DNA of 64,000 bases from Longimicrobiales bacterium (lineage in GTDB: Bacteria; Gemmatimonadota; Gemmatimonadetes; Longimicrobiales; Gaopeijiaceae). Below, in pieces: positions 60,447 to 64,000 of this stretch; positions within the stretch are counted from its first letter, which is position 1; the number at the start of each line of letters is the position of its first letter. Below the pieces are notes generated by a model. The model had not been told where the DNA came from and did no database searches. It was given only the letters and a program-made list of their open reading frames with translations. Where the stretch lies: contig CBDDCX010000007.1 of NCBI GenBank assembly GCA_965226375.1, positions 320,001 to 384,000 on the forward strand, in the 5' to 3' direction. The position numbers were made by a program, and so were the translations under genes.

Positions 60447-62885
60447 ATGGACGAGATGAAGACCGATCCTGTTGACGTCCCCGAGCCCGTTCTGGAGATC
60501 GGAGACGAAGATATCGCTGACGGCGAGGTCCGGTCAGATCATGAGGGACCCGACGACGCGGACCTGGTGATCGCCGATGATCCTGAGGTCTCGGAGGACA
60601 CCGACGCCGAGACGGAGGACCGGGAAGAAGAGCTCGCTGACGTCGAGGATTTGGACGTAGAGGGCGAGACGGTGCCCGCAGACGGCGGGGTCGCGGTATC
60701 CGACACAGACGAGGCCGTTCCGGCGGCGGCCGTTCCGGCGGTGGCCGTTCCGGCGGTGGCCGACACGGGGGAGTCCGTTCCCGCGGTGGCCGTGGGGGCG
60801 ACCGCCATCCATTGGCTGGTACGGATTGCGGAGTGTGCCGGGCTCGAAGGCGAACGTCCGGACCTCCCCCCCGATGCGCCGGCCGTGGACGCCTGGCTCG
60901 TCGTGAGTCGCAACTACAAGGTCGACGACGAGCGACTCTGCGACATGGTGGCCGAGTATTTCCGCCTCGACGTGGTGGACTGCGCCGCACGTGACCCGAA
61001 CGCCGTCCTGCTGGTTCCCGAGCCGATGGCTCGCAAGCACAACATCTTCGCGCTCTACGAGACCGATCGGCACCTGTTGATCGCCACGTGTGATCCCACG
61101 GACGTGGAGGCCGAGAGGGCCCTGAGCTTCAGCACCGGCCGCACGACCATCTTCCAGGTCGCCGCGCCCAACAGCATTCAGGAAGCACTGGACGCTCGTT
61201 TCTCGCCGGAGCAGGCCATCGAGAGCCTCCTCGATACTCTCGAAGCCGAAGACGTCGACGAGGACGCGGTCAAGCTCGTAGAGGAGATGGGTCCGGAGTC
61301 CATCTCTTCCGAGGCTGCAGCGTCCACCCCGGTCGTGAAGCTCACCAACCTGGTCATCCGGGACGCCATAGTGCAGGGTGCTTCGGACATCCACATCGAG
61401 CCCGGGCGCAAGGTCGGGGCGATCCGGTTCAGAGTCGACGGCGTGTTGCGCAAGCACATGGACCTCCCCATGGCAGCCATGAACCGAGTGATCTCTCGCG
61501 TGAAGATCCTCGCCAAGATGGACATCGCCGATAGGCTGCGCCCGCAGGACGGCAAGGCTCGCGTGCGCATCCACAACCTGGCGTACGACTTGCGGGTTTC
61601 CACGATCCCTGCGGGCGTTGCCGAGAAGTGTGTCATCCGGGTCCTGGATTCCAACGTTTCCCAGACCCTCGAGGATCTCGGAATCCCGGCCTACGAACTA
61701 GACCGCTTAAGGCAACTCATGAACCTGCGCGAGGGCATCATTCTGGTCACGGGTCCGACGGGATCGGGAAAAACGACGACGCTCTACGGAGCGCTTCGGG
61801 AGAAGGCTGACGGCAAGGTCAACATCATGACCGTCGAAGACCCCATCGAGTACGAGTTGCCGCAGATCACTCAGACTCAGGTGGAGACCAAACAGGGTGT
61901 CACGTTCGGACGTGCCTTGCGGGCCATCCTGAGGCAGGACCCCGACGTGATCCTGGTCGGCGAGATCCGCGATCATGAGACGGCCGAGACGGCGACCCAT
62001 GCCGCGATGACGGGTCACCTCGTACTGGCGACCGTCCACGCCAACGACGCGGTCAGCGCCATCGCCCGGATGGCCGACATGGGGATACCGTACAGCACGA
62101 TCTCGTCCACTCTCCGCGGGTCCATCGCCCAGCGACTCCTTCGCAAGGTGTGCTCAGCTTGTGCCGAGCCCGTCCGGGGCAAACTCACTCCTGAGGAGCA
62201 GCGTCTCACCGAGCAGAATGAGATAGAACCGGTGGTCAGGGCCGTGGGTTGCGCAGAGTGTGGCTTCACGGGTTACTCCGGCAGACTCCCGGTGAACGAG
62301 GTCATGATGGCTGGGCCCAGGCTTCAGGCGGCTATCGAGGCTCGAAAGGGGTGGCAAACGCTCCATCGTATCGCCCAACAGGGCGGGATGAGGAGCATGC
62401 ACCAGGTGGCTCTCGACTGGGTTACCCAAGGCAAGACGACCCTTGTGGAGGTGGAACGATCCCTAGGCGGTATGTCGGCCGAGGACGAAGTCCAGGAGGA
62501 CAAGGGGCCGGTTCGCGTTCTCGTGGTCGATGACGATGAAGAGGCCCGGCTCATGTACCACTCCATTCTGGAGACGGAGGGACATGTGGTGTCCATGGCC
62601 AAGGATGGGTTCGAGGCCTTGGACATGCTCAAGCTCGACCCGGACTACAATCTCGTCATCCTCGACCTGAGCATGCCGGGCCTGGATGGTCGAAAGGTCC
62701 TCGAGCGTATTCGGGGGAGCAAGGACACGGCGGCGATTCCAGTGCTGGTGAGTACCGCCTTCGGGAACGAGAGTGTAGAGAGAGAGCTCCTCGAGGCTGG
62801 CGCCGACGACTATCTCGAGAAGTCCGTCGACGCGCAACGGTTCATCGCCCGGGTCCGGGCGGTTCTTCGACGGGCCGTGATGTAG
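60447..62885 (+). CDS. GspE/PilB-family secretion ATPase with C-terminal receiver domain
   Basis: ASDIHIEP, GPTGSGKTTT, EDPIE, LRQDPDVILVGEIRD, two CxxC, C-terminal VLVVDDD..LDLSMP..K. Confidence 0.92.
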   Translation: MDEMKTDPVDVPEPVLEIGDEDIADGEVRSDHEGPDDADLVIADDPEVSEDTDAETEDREEELADVEDLDVEGETVPADGGVAVSDTDEAVPAAAVPAVAVPAVADTGESVPAVAVGATAIHWLVRIAECAGLEGERPDLPPDAPAVDAWLVVSRNYKVDDERLCDMVAEYFRLDVVDCAARDPNAVLLVPEPMARKHNIFALYETDRHLLIATCDPTDVEAERALSFSTGRTTIFQVAAPNSIQEALDARFSPEQAIESLLDTLEAEDVDEDAVKLVEEMGPESISSEAAASTPVVKLTNLVIRDAIVQGASDIHIEPGRKVGAIRFRVDGVLRKHMDLPMAAMNRVISRVKILAKMDIADRLRPQDGKARVRIHNLAYDLRVSTIPAGVAEKCVIRVLDSNVSQTLEDLGIPAYELDRLRQLMNLREGIILVTGPTGSGKTTTLYGALREKADGKVNIMTVEDPIEYELPQITQTQVETKQGVTFGRALRAILRQDPDVILVGEIRDHETAETATHAAMTGHLVLATVHANDAVSAIARMADMGIPYSTISSTLRGSIAQRLLRKVCSACAEPVRGKLTPEEQRLTEQNEIEPVVRAVGCAECGFTGYSGRLPVNEVMMAGPRLQAAIEARKGWQTLHRIAQQGGMRSMHQVALDWVTQGKTTLVEVERSLGGMSAEDEVQEDKGPVRVLVVDDDEEARLMYHSILETEGHVVSMAKDGFEALDMLKLDPDYNLVILDLSMPGLDGRKVLERIRGSKDTAAIPVLVSTAFGNESVERELLEAGADDYLEKSVDAQRFIARVRAVLRRAVM
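60713..60791 (+). repeat. 15-bp coding repeats (AVPAA/AVPAV) in the PilB N-terminal linker
   Basis: ggccgttccggcgg(c/t) three times in tandem plus one degenerate copy. Confidence 0.75.
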
Positions 62886-63019
62886 ACCATTCGGGTCCGT
62901 CATGCCCGTGTAACGCCTCGATAACGACACCCCTGATTGGTGACTAATCGGGTTGTTCCCCACCTCCGATCCTTCATGTTCGGTGCATCGATCATGGGCC
63001 CCAACACCGACGAGAAACG

Positions 63020-63421
63020 ATGACAAGAGTATTCAGGCTGGTCGCGGTGATCAACCTCTCGGTCGCGTTCGCGACCCCCCGGATGGTTCTGGGGCAGACG
63101 GAGATCCGCGCCCGGGCCGCGACGCTCACGATAGGTGGACGCCTTCAGATTCAAGCCGCGACTTCTTCCCATGGGGGTGCTCCCCCCTACGAGACCTTGC
63201 TCAGGCGGGCACGCTTCTTTTTCGGAATCGAGGTCACGGACTTCTTGGAGGGCCGGTTGCTCGCCGACTTTGCCAGAAACGACGCGGCCTGGCTCCTTAC
63301 TCCGGGTTTGTCATTCTTCGTCTCCGGGCGAAACAAGATTGGCACGAATCTCGACATCTATGTGCCCGAACAGGGTGGCTCCGACTTCTCGTTCAAGCGC
63401 CAGGCCTTCCTCTACTTCTGA
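63020..63421 (+). pseudogene. Porin-like (OprO/P-type) gene remnant with apparent internal deletion
   Basis: Signal peptide, GGRLQ, LRRAR, then directly the final strands ending in YF; only 133 aa. Confidence 0.55.
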
Positions 63422-63626
63422 GCGAGGGTCGCCACGAGAACGAAGACGGGGTGTGGGTACGAGCCTAGGCGGGCTGACGAGTCGCTATTTGGCGCAGAGG
63501 ACGGCCCGACTTCTCACCCACCAGGGGACCCTCCGAGCGGTCGGTCCGGTAGATTGACAGGCGTGCCCCGAGCCTGCGAGGTTATTGGGCTTTGAAATTG
63601 CCACAACCCAAGGACTGACCGCTCCG

Positions 63627-64000
63627 ATGTTCAAATCCGTACGAGGCCGGCTCATCGTCATTTTGGCGCTGGTAGCCATGAGCATCGGCTATCTCATCAC
63701 CAACAAGATCAAACTCGGGCTCGACCTCCAGGGTGGTATGCACCTGGTTCTCGAGGTGGATGATCCCGAAGGAACGATGACGGCAGATGCCCGTTCCGAC
63801 GCCATCGACCGAGCAGAGCGCATTCTGCGCACCCGTATCGATGAATTCGGGGTGGCCGAGCCGCTCATCCAGAAGATCGGATCGGAGCGGATCGTCGTCG
63901 AGTTGCCGGGCAACGAGGACGAAGACCGAGCGAAGAACGTGATCCAGCAATCAGCGTTCCTCGAGTTCAAGCTCGTGGTTCCGGTCACCGAGCTCGAGCC
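63627..64000 (+). CDS. secD: Protein translocase subunit SecD (5' part, runs off the window)
   Basis: Own translation: [65 protein letters not shown]. Confidence 0.93.
   Translation, partial: MFKSVRGRLIVILALVAMSIGYLITNKIKLGLDLQGGMHLVLEVDDPEGTMTADARSDAIDRAERILRTRIDEFGVAEPLIQKIGSERIVVELPGNEDEDRAKNVIQQSAFLEFKLVVPVTELE

Noticed and set aside
63339..63355. sigma54-like TGGCACG
   Set aside because: Inside a coding remnant and lacks the -12 TTGC; a similar hit near 55628 has the wrong spacing.

Overview
GC-rich, gene-dense bacterial chromosomal window. The gene repertoire resembles Gemmatimonadota, which is an inference from family content only. In order it holds the end of an sdhCAB operon, amidohydrolases, an RND efflux trio, and a co-oriented cluster (beta-barrel, FeS-NrfD fusion, molybdoenzyme without a Tat signal, TorD-like chaperone, SulP, HAD, AhpD-like peroxidase, UDG, Tat asparaginase). 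Then come peptidases, MATE, rmlC, murB, a BlaI/M56/DUF5916-like module, a TolC/MFP/two-ATPase/NtrC/kinase locus with no permease, SCO, an ECF/anti-sigma/HEAT locus, PilB-REC and the start of secD. No rRNA, tRNA, CRISPR array or transposase was seen. Best signals the ORF track does not show: (1) an AhpD-like gene split by an in-frame UGA at a CxxU motif and followed by a SECIS-like hairpin, so a probable selenoprotein; (2) four copies of an 18-bp palindromic operator in two sigma70 promoters of near-identical layout, tying BlaI to the DUF5916-like gene; (3) two sigma54 promoters with a shared enhancer motif exactly 116 nt upstream; (4) several chimeric or truncated genes, pointing to deletions or misassembly. 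Family names come from motif recognition by eye; no database search was run.
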